From: a virus
Length of the DNA: 64,000 nt
Strand: one strand, 5' to 3'
UHGV virus genome: UHGV-1366123
A program made the translations under genes and the position numbers. Numbering within the stretch: position 1 is the first letter of the stretch; each line of letters starts with the position of its first letter. Below, piece by piece: positions 36,885-45,722 of this stretch. The notes beneath the pieces are model-generated. The model did no database searches, was not told the DNA's origin, and worked only from the letters and a program-made list of their open reading frames with translations.

Positions 36885-37142
36885 ATGGAAATAAAGCTAT
36901 TAGGAAAGAAGATCCTCATTAAGCTCAATGAGGTCGAAAAGCAGGTCGATGGCTTCGAACTGGTACAACATAACGATGTAGACCAAACAGCAGGTGTCGT
37001 CACGAATGTTGGTATTGGTGTCACAGAAGTCAAAGTCGGTGATAAAGTAATCGTCAACAAGTTCTCTGGTATTGAGGTGCTTATCGAGGGTGATAAGTTC
37101 AAGGTAGTAGAGGAACACGAAATATTAATCATTGTAAGATAA
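36885..37142 (+). CDS. groES: co-chaperonin GroES (Cpn10)
   Basis: 85 aa. IKLLGKKILIK ... VKVGDKVIVNKFSGIEV ... EHEILIIV matches the GroES beta-barrel pattern. Immediately upstream of groEL. Confidence 0.75.
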   Translation: MEIKLLGKKILIKLNEVEKQVDGFELVQHNDVDQTAGVVTNVGIGVTEVKVGDKVIVNKFSGIEVLIEGDKFKVVEEHEILIIVR

Positions 37143-37151
37143 ACAGACTGA

Positions 37152-38741
37152 ATGAACGCTGTAGATGTAAAAAGTGGATCAGAAGCCAGAGAGCTGATCC
37201 TCGTTGGTGCAAAGACGATCCACGACGTTGTTGGGTCTACTCTGGGACCTGGCGGTCGAAATGTCATCATCAAGCACAACACGTACGATGTACCACAGGT
37301 CACTAAAGATGGTGTGACTGTAGCAAGAAAGATGAAGCTACAGAACTATTGGCACAACATAGGCTGTCAACTCGTAAAGCAAGCATCAATGCGAACTGCA
37401 GTTGATGCAGGTGATGGAACAACGTCTTCTGTTGTGATGGCGTATACGATGATGAAACTAATCGACGGACTTCTAAATGAGAATCCCGAGATTGATGTTC
37501 ATCGACTTCGTCACGAAATGGAAAAGATGAAGGATGTTCTCATTGAAAAGCTTCGGGAAATCGCCACACCGATCGTTGATATTCAGCAGGTCTTCGATAT
37601 CGCAAAGATCTCCACGAACAATGATGAGAAACTTGCAGGTCTTCTTGCAGAGATCTATGGGAAGATCGGTAAAGATGGGATAATCGTTCTTGAACAATCA
37701 CAACTTTCTGATATCACCTATTCGATCGAATCTGGATTCCGATTTGATGGCGGTTGGCAGTCTCATTATTTCGTAAAGGACAAATCAAAGATGTCGTTTG
37801 GATCTGACGATTGTGCAATCTTCATCACAAATCACAAGATCCAAGACGGAAAGACGATGCTCTCGGCACTTTCAAGAATCTATGGTACAGGTGTCCGTGA
37901 CCTTTTGATCATTGCGGAAAACATCGAAGGTGAAGCACTATCGACCTTGATCGCCAATAACCAGAGTGGGAAGATGAACATTTGTCTCGTCAATCCACCA
38001 TATTACGGACAGAAGCGTGAAGAATACCTCACTGACCTCTCCATTTCTCTTGATATGAAGCCACTGATGGTGGGAGACCAATCCGTCACCCCTCTTTCGT
38101 TCACAGAAGAGTACTTCTCTTGCGGTCGAAGCGTCTTTGTGGATAAAAACACCACAACGATCAGAAATGACAAGGAAAGTGTATCGTCTGCCGTCGAAGA
38201 GCATATCTCAAATCTGAAGTCTCTTATGGATTCCGACGAGGAAGACAAGGAATGGATCGAGAAGAGAATAGCGACCCTAAGGTCATCAGTTGCCGTCATC
38301 AAGGTCGGTGGGAATTCAGAATCTGAAGTTTATGAACACAAGGATAGACTTGAAGATGCGATTTGTGCTATAAGATCAGCATACAAGGATGGAATAGTCG
38401 CAGGTTGTGGTATCACGTACCTAAGACTAATCTCTGCACTTGATCCTTCTCTTGACACGTTCCATATCTTGAAATCTGGACTTGAATCCGTGTTCAAGAA
38501 GATTATGATCAACTCATGCATATCAGAGGAAGAAGAATCGTCGATTCTCTACTTCATAGGTGAAGATGAAGCGTATGGTTATGATGCCAAGAAACGTCAG
38601 AAGTCGTATAACTCGATCCAAGATGGCATCATCGACTCGGCACGTGTTATAAAAAACTGTATCGAGAACTCGATATCGGTCGCTATCATGTTTATGATCT
38701 CTGACAACATCGTTATGGAAATCGATGAATCGATTATTTAG
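37152..38741 (+). CDS. groEL: chaperonin GroEL (Cpn60)
   Basis: TLGPGGRNVII, VTKDGVTVA and AGDGTTSSVVMA (GroEL ATP-binding DGTTT block). 529 aa. Confidence 0.9.
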   Translation: MNAVDVKSGSEARELILVGAKTIHDVVGSTLGPGGRNVIIKHNTYDVPQVTKDGVTVARKMKLQNYWHNIGCQLVKQASMRTAVDAGDGTTSSVVMAYTMMKLIDGLLNENPEIDVHRLRHEMEKMKDVLIEKLREIATPIVDIQQVFDIAKISTNNDEKLAGLLAEIYGKIGKDGIIVLEQSQLSDITYSIESGFRFDGGWQSHYFVKDKSKMSFGSDDCAIFITNHKIQDGKTMLSALSRIYGTGVRDLLIIAENIEGEALSTLIANNQSGKMNICLVNPPYYGQKREEYLTDLSISLDMKPLMVGDQSVTPLSFTEEYFSCGRSVFVDKNTTTIRNDKESVSSAVEEHISNLKSLMDSDEEDKEWIEKRIATLRSSVAVIKVGGNSESEVYEHKDRLEDAICAIRSAYKDGIVAGCGITYLRLISALDPSLDTFHILKSGLESVFKKIMINSCISEEEESSILYFIGEDEAYGYDAKKRQKSYNSIQDGIIDSARVIKNCIENSISVAIMFMISDNIVMEIDESII

Positions 38742-38820
38742 ATGAAACTATGACACCAAGCAGATTCATAAGAAACTCGAAAACAGAACTTTTAAACAAC
38801 ATCATCAGTCAATCATTATT

Positions 38821-39963
38821 ATGAGCAACGAAGTTTTTGATTTTGGTGGGATTTTCGATATGAAGTCCGATGACTTCAAGCAGAAGGAAACCACCCAATT
38901 CTCCAACCCAGACTTTTACTCTCCTCGCATCGACGACGAGAATGTAAAGGACAACATCTATCAGTCAAAGCTGAGATTCCTACCAAATGTCAACGTCGCC
39001 CCCAACGGAGAGCGCACGAACATCGTAGTAAAGCACGTCTACTACGTTCCCGATCCAGATAACCCTGGGCAGAAGTGCTACATCGATGCACCATCGAACG
39101 AGCCTAAGGCGAAGGATATCGCATCTGTAGCGTTCATGATGTTCGGCTACGATAAGAGCAAGATCTACAGATCAGATGCTCCTGCAATCGTCAAGAAGAA
39201 TGCAAAGCAGTTGAAGCGCAACACCTACCACTACTCTTTGGTGCAGGTCATCAAGGACACACAACATCCAGAACTCGAAGGATCGGTAAAGATCTTCAGA
39301 TACGGTGGTGTGATCTACGAAAAGATCATGCAACTTATCAACGGTAACCCAGCTCTTGGGATCAATCCAATCATCCCATTCGATCCTCTCAATGGTAAGG
39401 AATTCATCATGGTTCTTTCCAAGGGTCAGAATGATCAAGGTCAAGAACTTAACACCTACATGCAGTCGAGATTCGTCGATGATCGTTCCGCAATCACGAT
39501 TGATGGACGAGAAATGACCGATTCTAATGAGGACAAGCAGGAGATCTTCAACTTCCTCAAGGAAAAGTCTCCCGATCTCTCACAGACGATGTTCCAAAAG
39601 ATGACGGAAGACGATGTTGAACGTCTCAATCGAGCAGTCCGTGATGTCATTGACGATGATAAGTGGTTCGGTATGGCTTATCAAGCATGTTATGGGAAGC
39701 CATTCATTCCCGATGCAGTCCGTGAATCTGTCGTGTCCACAGAGAAGTACGATGATGAAGATATCGAAGTCGAAGAACAGGTAGTCGAAGAACCAGTGAA
39801 GAAATCTCCACGACGAGAAGAACCAGCTTCCTCTACGATGTCCAAGTTCAAGTCCCTCAAGGAAGAAGCTGAAAAGCCTGCACCTGCAAAGAAGCCGACT
39901 GATAAGCAACCATCGATCTCTGACATGATGGAAGATATCGATGACGATCTCGACTTTGAATAG
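38821..39963 (+). CDS. single-stranded DNA-binding protein, T4 gp32-like
   Basis: KLRFLPNVN ... core collinear with the gp32 RFLPSKNDEQ ... region. Highly acidic C-terminal tail (DIDDDLDFE) as in gp32. Confidence 0.7.
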   Translation: MSNEVFDFGGIFDMKSDDFKQKETTQFSNPDFYSPRIDDENVKDNIYQSKLRFLPNVNVAPNGERTNIVVKHVYYVPDPDNPGQKCYIDAPSNEPKAKDIASVAFMMFGYDKSKIYRSDAPAIVKKNAKQLKRNTYHYSLVQVIKDTQHPELEGSVKIFRYGGVIYEKIMQLINGNPALGINPIIPFDPLNGKEFIMVLSKGQNDQGQELNTYMQSRFVDDRSAITIDGREMTDSNEDKQEIFNFLKEKSPDLSQTMFQKMTEDDVERLNRAVRDVIDDDKWFGMAYQACYGKPFIPDAVRESVVSTEKYDDEDIEVEEQVVEEPVKKSPRREEPASSTMSKFKSLKEEAEKPAPAKKPTDKQPSISDMMEDIDDDLDFE

Positions 39964-39991
39964 CTAATTGATTGATGTTTAGTTGAAGCTT

Positions 39992-40029
39992 GAAGCCCCC
40001 TTGGATGTGAAAATGTTCAAGGGGGCTTC
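39992..40029. terminator. 12-bp perfect GC-rich stem GAAGCCCCCTTG / CAAGGGGGCTTC followed by TGTATAAGATG
   Basis: Read directly. Lies after the gp32-like gene. Confidence 0.6.
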
Positions 40030-40041
40030 TGTATAAGATGA

Positions 40042-41220
40042 ATGATGGAAAATGTACAAGGAATCTTCGATTTTTCTACGGAAACAGAGTCGTTTTCTCA
40101 TGACGAGTTCATAAGAAAGTTCATCCCTTTGTTCAAGTCTGTGCTCGTATCCAAGTTCGGTACGTCATACAAAGCGAAGATAAGTATGACAAGCCGTGAT
40201 ATTAATTGTGGATGTCCACATTGTGGAGATGGTAGCAGTTCATACAAGAGGAGATTTCACATATACTTCCAAAACTACTCTTATAAATGCTACAACGATT
40301 GTCACAAGCCGTTTGGCTCTTTGTACAATCTCATACATGAGTACGGACTTCAGTACAGTTTCACGCATGTAGAACTTTCTCACATCAAGCGAGTTTTCGA
40401 GGACTTCATGAAAAGTGGTCTTGCGAAAACCGACAAATCGATCAAAGTCACTGGTCGTGACATTATCGACAAAGATGGTCACATATCGACGCAAGTCCCA
40501 GAAGTCAACGATTACGCATTTCCAAGAGAAGAGATAATGGGCGCAAAACATCTCCGAGAAGTCAGAAGATCACCTGCGCTCATCGAATATCTCCGAAAAA
40601 GAGCAGTGATCACCGATAAAACCGATCTTTACGAAAACAGATTGAGGACGTTTGCATATAACGAGAAGTATGAAGACCTTTATGTTTTCAATCTTGCGAA
40701 GAATATGCGTGATGTGATAGGTGTGCAGATCAAGCACCTCTCTCCGAAGTCACGGAGAAGGTTTACAACGATGTCATGGTCTAAAATATGGACTGACATT
40801 TTCCAGCTTCAGCCGAAGGGTTTCGAAGAGCTTTCCGTGAAGTTTGACAAGATATCAATGATATGGAACTCGTTGCATATTGACTTCTCTCGAAGATACA
40901 ACATTCTTGAAGGGACTTTCGATGCCTACTTCGTGGACAATTCGATCGCATGTTGGGGACTTTCAAACTTTGTCTATAACAAGAGCGCATACTACATCAC
41001 CGATAATACGCTCCTTGATATGGCAGGCAAAAAGAAGTCATTGGAACTGATAAATGGTGGTTACAACACCTTCTTGTGGGCAAAGTTTGCAGAAGATTTC
41101 CCAGATATTGCTTACACGTGCAAAGATATGAACGACATAGTCAGAAAATTCCCAAACTTCAATATGGGTGTCTTGGAGAAGTACTTTGGTAATGATGAAT
41201 TTGATACACTTTACATATGA
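40042..41220 (+). CDS. DNA primase, T4 gp61-like (zinc ribbon plus TOPRIM)
   Basis: CGCPHCGDGSS ... KCYNDCHK zinc ribbon (T4 gp61 CPVCGD ... HCYNCNYH). TOPRIM-like EGTFDAYFVDNSIACWG (gp61 EGPIDSLFLDNAVAITGG). Confidence 0.7.
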   Translation: MMENVQGIFDFSTETESFSHDEFIRKFIPLFKSVLVSKFGTSYKAKISMTSRDINCGCPHCGDGSSSYKRRFHIYFQNYSYKCYNDCHKPFGSLYNLIHEYGLQYSFTHVELSHIKRVFEDFMKSGLAKTDKSIKVTGRDIIDKDGHISTQVPEVNDYAFPREEIMGAKHLREVRRSPALIEYLRKRAVITDKTDLYENRLRTFAYNEKYEDLYVFNLAKNMRDVIGVQIKHLSPKSRRRFTTMSWSKIWTDIFQLQPKGFEELSVKFDKISMIWNSLHIDFSRRYNILEGTFDAYFVDNSIACWGLSNFVYNKSAYYITDNTLLDMAGKKKSLELINGGYNTFLWAKFAEDFPDIAYTCKDMNDIVRKFPNFNMGVLEKYFGNDEFDTLYI

Positions 41221-41336
41221 ACAAGAAGAAAAGAAAGAAGAATGTTGACGTGACGAAAATAGTCACCAACGGCATAATTGCGACTATTGTCTTGATGCTC
41301 GTGATGGTGATTATTCAATCGATCATTCTCATCTGA
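41217..41336 (+). CDS. small single-pass membrane protein (39 aa)
   Basis: ATG overlaps the primase TGA (ATGA coupling). Basic N-terminus plus IIATIVLMLVMVIIQSIILI. Confidence 0.35.
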   Translation: MNKKKRKKNVDVTKIVTNGIIATIVLMLVMVIIQSIILI

Positions 41337-41364
41337 GAAGATTAGAAGGTTAGAAGAAATAGAA

Positions 41365-41429
41365 ACGTTTTTTATATGTTATGGAGGGTGGTCGTGAGAA
41401 ATCTGGCCACCCTCCACGACATATAAAAA
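41365..41429. terminator. long two-tier palindrome: outer CGTTTTTTATATGT / ACATATAAAAACG, inner GGAGGGTGG / CCACCCTCC
   Basis: Read directly. Confidence 0.45.
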
Positions 41430-41478
41430 CGACGAAAGAAACACAAGAACAATCGATAACAAATAACAACCCCACAAA

Positions 41479-41601
41479 ATGATCCGTAAGATCTTAAATA
41501 CGTTAGTAGTGATCGGTGCATCACTTTTCCTCATCTTGATCATGTCCATGATCGTTTTCATTGTATCGTGTGTTATGGTCATCATGAGTTTCTTCATGTA
41601 A
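41479..41601 (+). CDS. small hydrophobic protein (40 aa)
   Basis: MIRKILNTLVVIGASLFLILIMSMIVFIVSCVMVIMSFFM. Below the ORF-track size cut-off. Confidence 0.35.
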   Translation: MIRKILNTLVVIGASLFLILIMSMIVFIVSCVMVIMSFFM

Positions 41602-41626
41602 AACCACGACGATACTAACAAGAAAA

Positions 41627-41842
41627 ATGGACGATTTAAAGCAAAACGTAGTAATAGCCGTAATCTCGATAATAATAACCGCAATATTCGGATTGTTAGT
41701 GATTTCGATATCGGACTTCATAGATGCGAGATCATCAAAAGACAACCTCATCCACTACAACTTCCAGATATCAGAACCAGAACCCACAATAGTTATTGGC
41801 GTAGGTGAAAATGCTGAAGGTAGCGACACGTGGTCGTTCTGA
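41627..41842 (+). CDS. small membrane protein (71 aa)
   Basis: VVIAVISIIITAIFGLLVISI transmembrane segment. Confidence 0.4.
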   Translation: MDDLKQNVVIAVISIIITAIFGLLVISISDFIDARSSKDNLIHYNFQISEPEPTIVIGVGENAEGSDTWSF

Positions 41843-41898
41843 AAACATATCGTCTTTTAAATAACGAAACCTTTATACCTCGGTGTTGAAAGACGATT

Positions 41899-42123
41899 AT
41901 GACGATCAAGGATTGTATAATAGACATTTGTAAGTCTATAGGAAAAATCTCAGTTTCTGATATCTTGAAATATGTTCGGAACAATGGATGGTTTGAAAAA
42001 GATCTCTCCATTGACATTGATGACGATGACCAGACCAGTATTGGAAAAATACAAAAGTTCGTAAGAGATGGTATAGACACCATAACGGAATCGGAATCGG
42101 AAGAAGTAAACTCTGAAGAATAA
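41899..42123 (+). CDS. hypothetical small acidic protein
   Basis: 74-aa ORF preceded by TTTAAATAACG (41856-41866). Confidence 0.4.
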   Translation: MTIKDCIIDICKSIGKISVSDILKYVRNNGWFEKDLSIDIDDDDQTSIGKIQKFVRDGIDTITESESEEVNSEE

Positions 42124-42128
42124 CGACA

Positions 42129-42539
42129 ATGACGATCAAATCATACATCAATCAACTCGAAGACAGAGACATCATCCGAGCATATGTCGCCTGTGTGATA
42201 CACCAATACGAGGACAAAGTCGGAACTAAAGATCCCGATGAGTTCTTGAAACTGGAATATGAAGATGTTTCCAAACATATCGATGAAATAATCAAGAATG
42301 CTCGTACGACGTTCATGTGTTACGCCACTAATGAGGAGGAAATGGTAGAGTTCGTCAAGAGCGACGGATATATCGAACTTCTCCGAGAAGGAGGTGACTA
42401 TGAAGATGTCCTTCAAATGTACGGAGGTGATGAAAACGCAATGATGGTTGCTTACTTCTATGATCTTATAGAAGATGATGTGTTTGAACACGACGGTTAC
42501 TTTTTCTATATGATGGAAAATGACTACGAACGTGGATAG
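42129..42539 (+). CDS. paralog-array member 1 (acidic; N-terminal MTIKSYINQL, C-terminal DGYFFYMM)
   Basis: Shares the family N-terminal block MT(V/I)xEYIxTLPDxDLIxAYI and the C-terminal GYYF motif. Confidence 0.65.
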   Translation: MTIKSYINQLEDRDIIRAYVACVIHQYEDKVGTKDPDEFLKLEYEDVSKHIDEIIKNARTTFMCYATNEEEMVEFVKSDGYIELLREGGDYEDVLQMYGGDENAMMVAYFYDLIEDDVFEHDGYFFYMMENDYERG

Positions 42540-42581
42540 CTTCCGCAACAAATAAAGAAACAATCTTAATAAGAAACAAAT

Positions 42582-42983
42582 ATGACCGCAGAAGAATATG
42601 TCGGATCGTTACCCGACAAAGATCTCATCTTTGCGTATATCAATTGCATCATCTTCGAATATCTCACAGGTGCGGAATTCGAAGATTTTGATATCTTCAT
42701 ATTCCACAAACAGTATGAAGATGTTAAAGATTATATCGATGCATTTGTGGAAGAAGCTCGTGATCGTGCACTCACCGACTACCCAATCACATCTGAAAAA
42801 GATGTTCTCAGATACTACGATGAAACTTGTTATGGTCATGAAAACGATCCAGATGTCGATATCCAAGAAGGAAGAAAGAGATTCGAAGATGATCCATTAG
42901 GAATGCTCCACCAATTACTCGATACGATGAGTGATAACTGGGCTGAATACAACGGTTATTATTTCGTGGTTGGTGCTTGGTAA
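42582..42983 (+). CDS. paralog-array member 2
   Basis: MTAEEYVGSLPDKDLIFAYINCI ... EEARDRALTDYPITSEKDVLRYYDE ... NGYYFVVGAW. Confidence 0.7.
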   Translation: MTAEEYVGSLPDKDLIFAYINCIIFEYLTGAEFEDFDIFIFHKQYEDVKDYIDAFVEEARDRALTDYPITSEKDVLRYYDETCYGHENDPDVDIQEGRKRFEDDPLGMLHQLLDTMSDNWAEYNGYYFVVGAW

Positions 42984-43010
42984 TATAAAAAATCGTAAAA
43001 GAAAGAAACA

Positions 43011-43400
43011 ATGACTGTAAGAGAATACATCAACACATTTGAAGACGCAGGTCTCATTCTTGCGCATATCGAACTTGTCAAAGATGGGAAGTATGGGAAA
43101 GAAACCGTAGATTTTGATATCGACAACGATGAAATCGAAGATGTCAAAGACCAAGTCGATAAGCTCATATACAAATCATTCGATAGGTGCGTGTATCCAG
43201 ATCCAATAAGAACTGAGGAAGACATCTACGAGTATCTCAAGACTTGTGTTGGTTATGGTACTGATGATGATCCAACATACTTAGAATATAAGGCAATATG
43301 GGAAAAAGATCCATGGACTAAGTTCTTCCAATCGATTGACGAACAGTGTCCTTGGTTTGAACAAGATGGTTACTACTTCATGGACACTTATAACATGTAA
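43011..43400 (+). CDS. paralog-array member 3
   Basis: MTVREYINTFEDAGLILAHIELV ... QDGYYFMD. Confidence 0.7.
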   Translation: MTVREYINTFEDAGLILAHIELVKDGKYGKETVDFDIDNDEIEDVKDQVDKLIYKSFDRCVYPDPIRTEEDIYEYLKTCVGYGTDDDPTYLEYKAIWEKDPWTKFFQSIDEQCPWFEQDGYYFMDTYNM

Positions 43401-43821
43401 AAAGGAAAGAGAAAGAAATACGACTGCAGAACAATATATCAAGACACTACCAGATTCGGAGCTTATTCTCTCTTATATCGCATTGGTAGTATCTGAAGAC
43501 ATCGAAGGAACGGAAGGTATGGATGCCGACATCAACAACGATGAATACGAAGATGTCAAAGACCAAGTCAACACACTCATCGAACAAGCTCGTGATCGTG
43601 CGATCATCAATTATCCTATAAGATCCGAAGAAGATACTCTCAAATATTTCGAAGACACCTATGGTGAATTCATTGAGAATAATGAGGATCTCCAAGAATA
43701 TGAGAAGAAATGGAAAGAAAACCCATGGAAGGAATTCAAAGATTCTCTTAATGAAGTGAAAGCTTATTACAAGAATGGTAAGTGGTACGAACACAATGAT
43801 TATTACTTCATAGTCTGGTAA
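43366..43821 (+). CDS. paralog-array member 4; the canonical ATG is replaced by ACG, so the start is uncertain (ORF track 43336..43821 uses TTG; first in-frame ATG is 43366)
   Basis: (T)AEQYIKTLPDSELILSYIALV ... EQARDRAIINYPIRSEEDTLKYFED ... NDYYFIVW. At the homologous start position the sequence reads AAATACGACT versus AAAATGACT in its siblings. Confidence 0.5.
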   Translation: MVTTSWTLITCKKERERNTTAEQYIKTLPDSELILSYIALVVSEDIEGTEGMDADINNDEYEDVKDQVNTLIEQARDRAIINYPIRSEEDTLKYFEDTYGEFIENNEDLQEYEKKWKENPWKEFKDSLNEVKAYYKNGKWYEHNDYYFIVW

Positions 43822-43848
43822 TTCGTATTCATAGAAAAGATAAAGATT

Positions 43849-43879
43849 GACGTGGCGAAATGTTTGATTTCGCCACGTC
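43849..43879. terminator. 13-bp stem GACGTGGCGAAAT / ATTTCGCCACGTC followed immediately by TGTATATAAAAG
   Basis: Read directly. First of three homologous hairpin-plus-TATA modules inside the array. Confidence 0.6.
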
Positions 43880-43891
43880 TGTATATAAAAG
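43880..43891 (+). promoter_or_regulatory. TGTATATAAAAG box directly abutting a terminator hairpin (same module at 44720 and 45678)
   Basis: Conserved 12-mer in three homologous intergenic modules within the paralog array. Related TATA(A/T)AAG boxes follow terminators at 16277, 23424, 27280, 29536, 31334 and 40030. Confidence 0.4.
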
Positions 43892-43907
43892 AAAATTCTG
43901 ATATAAA

Positions 43908-44252
43908 ATGAAAACGAGATTAAGAGAATATATCGAAACGCTACCAGATTCATACATCGTTTCTCAATATCTTACATGTGTTGAACTTGGATATACGCAC
44001 GATAAAGAGATTATCGATCTATACGAACAACATGCTCATGATCGTCTACTCATCGATCGTCCAATACACACTAGTTATGACGTTATGGAATACTTTGATG
44101 ATACCTTTCCCGATTGGGAAAACGATCCAGATCTCGTAGAAGAAAGAAAGAAATGGGAAGAAGATCCATGGGGAAAATTATACAAAGTACTCGACGAAAT
44201 GGGTACTTGGTGTGGATATGGTGGTTGTTATTTCTTGGCTGAAAAACGATAA
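43908..44252 (+). CDS. paralog-array member 5 (short subfamily)
   Basis: MKTRLREYIETLPDSYIVSQYL ... FPDWENDPDLVEERKKWEEDPW ... GGCYFLA. Confidence 0.7.
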   Translation: MKTRLREYIETLPDSYIVSQYLTCVELGYTHDKEIIDLYEQHAHDRLLIDRPIHTSYDVMEYFDDTFPDWENDPDLVEERKKWEEDPWGKLYKVLDEMGTWCGYGGCYFLAEKR

Positions 44253-44292
44253 CACAACTTCTGATAGATATATAAAAAATAACGATAGAAAA

Positions 44293-44643
44293 ATGGAAAA
44301 TTTAACGCTAATAGAATATATAAGGACGCTACCTAATAGTGAACTCATCGAAGCGTACATGGGATCTCTCGCAATTGGACAAATGAGAGATAAGGAAATT
44401 ATTGATATGTACGAACAACATGCTCGTGAACGTTTAATCTTTGATCATCCAGTGCATAAAGAAGATATTATTGGAATCTTTGATGAAATGTTTCCAGATT
44501 GGGAAAACAACCCAGACCTCGTAGAAGAGAGAAAGGAATGGGAAGAATATCCATGGTATAAGCTACGACAAGCACTTGATGCAACGTACGGTAATAATTG
44601 GCATGAATACCAAAGTTATTATTTCGTTGACAATGTTCGATAA
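44293..44643 (+). CDS. paralog-array member 6 (short subfamily; ORF track start 44212 overlaps the upstream gene)
   Basis: MENLTLIEYIRTLPNSELIEAYM ... FPDWENNPDLVEERKEWEEYPW ... QSYYFVD. Closest to member 5. Confidence 0.65.
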   Translation: MENLTLIEYIRTLPNSELIEAYMGSLAIGQMRDKEIIDMYEQHARERLIFDHPVHKEDIIGIFDEMFPDWENNPDLVEERKEWEEYPWYKLRQALDATYGNNWHEYQSYYFVDNVR

Positions 44644-44685
44644 CACAGTTCACTCACGAAAACACTGATAGAAAATAACAAGTCG

Positions 44686-44719
44686 GATGTGACGAAAGGT
44701 TCAAACCTTTCGTCACATC
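44686..44719. terminator. 16-bp stem GATGTGACGAAAGGTT / AACCTTTCGTCACATC followed by TGTATATAAAG
   Basis: Read directly. Homologous to the 43849 and 45644 modules. Confidence 0.6.
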
Positions 44720-44763
44720 TGTATATAAAGAAAGAAAAACAATCTTAATAGAGAAGAGAGAAA

Positions 44764-45156
44764 ATGACTGTAGAAGAATATATCAAGACGCTACCCGACG
44801 CAGATCTCATCTTTGCGTACATTGCGTGTGCTGGAACAGAAGATATCGACGTTGGTGAAGACCTTCGTGAACTCGATATAGAAAACGACGAATATGAAGA
44901 CTTTAGTGATGAGGTCGAAGAACTCGTAGAACAAGCACGTGACCGTGCCATAGCTGAATATCCTATCAGCTCTAAGGAAGATGCTCTGAGATACTTCGAC
45001 GAGTGCTATGGTGATGATCTTGAGGATGATGAAGAACTCCAAGAATGGAGAGAGAAATGGGAAGAAGACCCATGGACACATTTCTATCATGTACTTGACG
45101 AAATGGGTGATTGGTATGAAGACAACGGTTATCACTTCAGAGCTGAAGAGTGGTAA
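44764..45156 (+). CDS. paralog-array member 7
   Basis: MTVEEYIKTLPDADLIFAYIACA ... EQARDRAIAEYPISSKEDALRYFDE ... NGYHFRAEEW. Confidence 0.7.
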   Translation: MTVEEYIKTLPDADLIFAYIACAGTEDIDVGEDLRELDIENDEYEDFSDEVEELVEQARDRAIAEYPISSKEDALRYFDECYGDDLEDDEELQEWREKWEEDPWTHFYHVLDEMGDWYEDNGYHFRAEEW

Positions 45157-45174
45157 TAAGAAGAAAAGAGAAAT

Positions 45175-45621
45175 ATGACTGTAAAAGAACATATCAACAC
45201 ACTTAAATATCCAGGTGTCGTCTTTGCGTATATCGAATGTGTTTTAAAAGAAGGCATCGATGTAGTTGAGAATTTACGTGATCTCGATATAGAGAACGAC
45301 CAGTATGAAGATGTTAAAGATCTGGTCGATGAACTCGTAAAACAGGCAGACTATTGTTCTCTCGCTGATTATCCAATCATAACCAAAGAAGATGTTCTGA
45401 CATACTTTGAGGATTCCTATTGGGAATACCATGGTGAAAACGGAGAGTACATAAAACTCGTGGAATATAAGCGTGAATGGAAGAAAGATACATGGAACAA
45501 GTTCCGTCGATTGATTGAGAGAACTGTAGAGGATGTCAGAAGGGAAAATAATAGTAACGATACTTTGTATGAATGCAGAGGTTACTACTTTATAATCGAT
45601 CCTCAAGGGCACAACTCGTGA
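45175..45621 (+). CDS. paralog-array member 8
   Basis: MTVKEHINTLKYPGVVFAYIECV ... CRGYYFIIDP. Confidence 0.7.
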   Translation: MTVKEHINTLKYPGVVFAYIECVLKEGIDVVENLRDLDIENDQYEDVKDLVDELVKQADYCSLADYPIITKEDVLTYFEDSYWEYHGENGEYIKLVEYKREWKKDTWNKFRRLIERTVEDVRRENNSNDTLYECRGYYFIIDPQGHNS

Positions 45622-45643
45622 GCTGACCATAATAGAAAATCGA

Positions 45644-45678
45644 GACGGTGGCGAAAGGTTTAAACCTTTCGCCACATC
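45644..45678. terminator. stem GTGGCGAAAGGTTT / AAACCTTTCGCCAC followed by TGTATATAAAAG
   Basis: Read directly. Confidence 0.55.
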
Positions 45679-45722
45679 TGTATATAAAAGAAACGAAAAA
45701 GAACAAAAACCTCCGTGAAATT

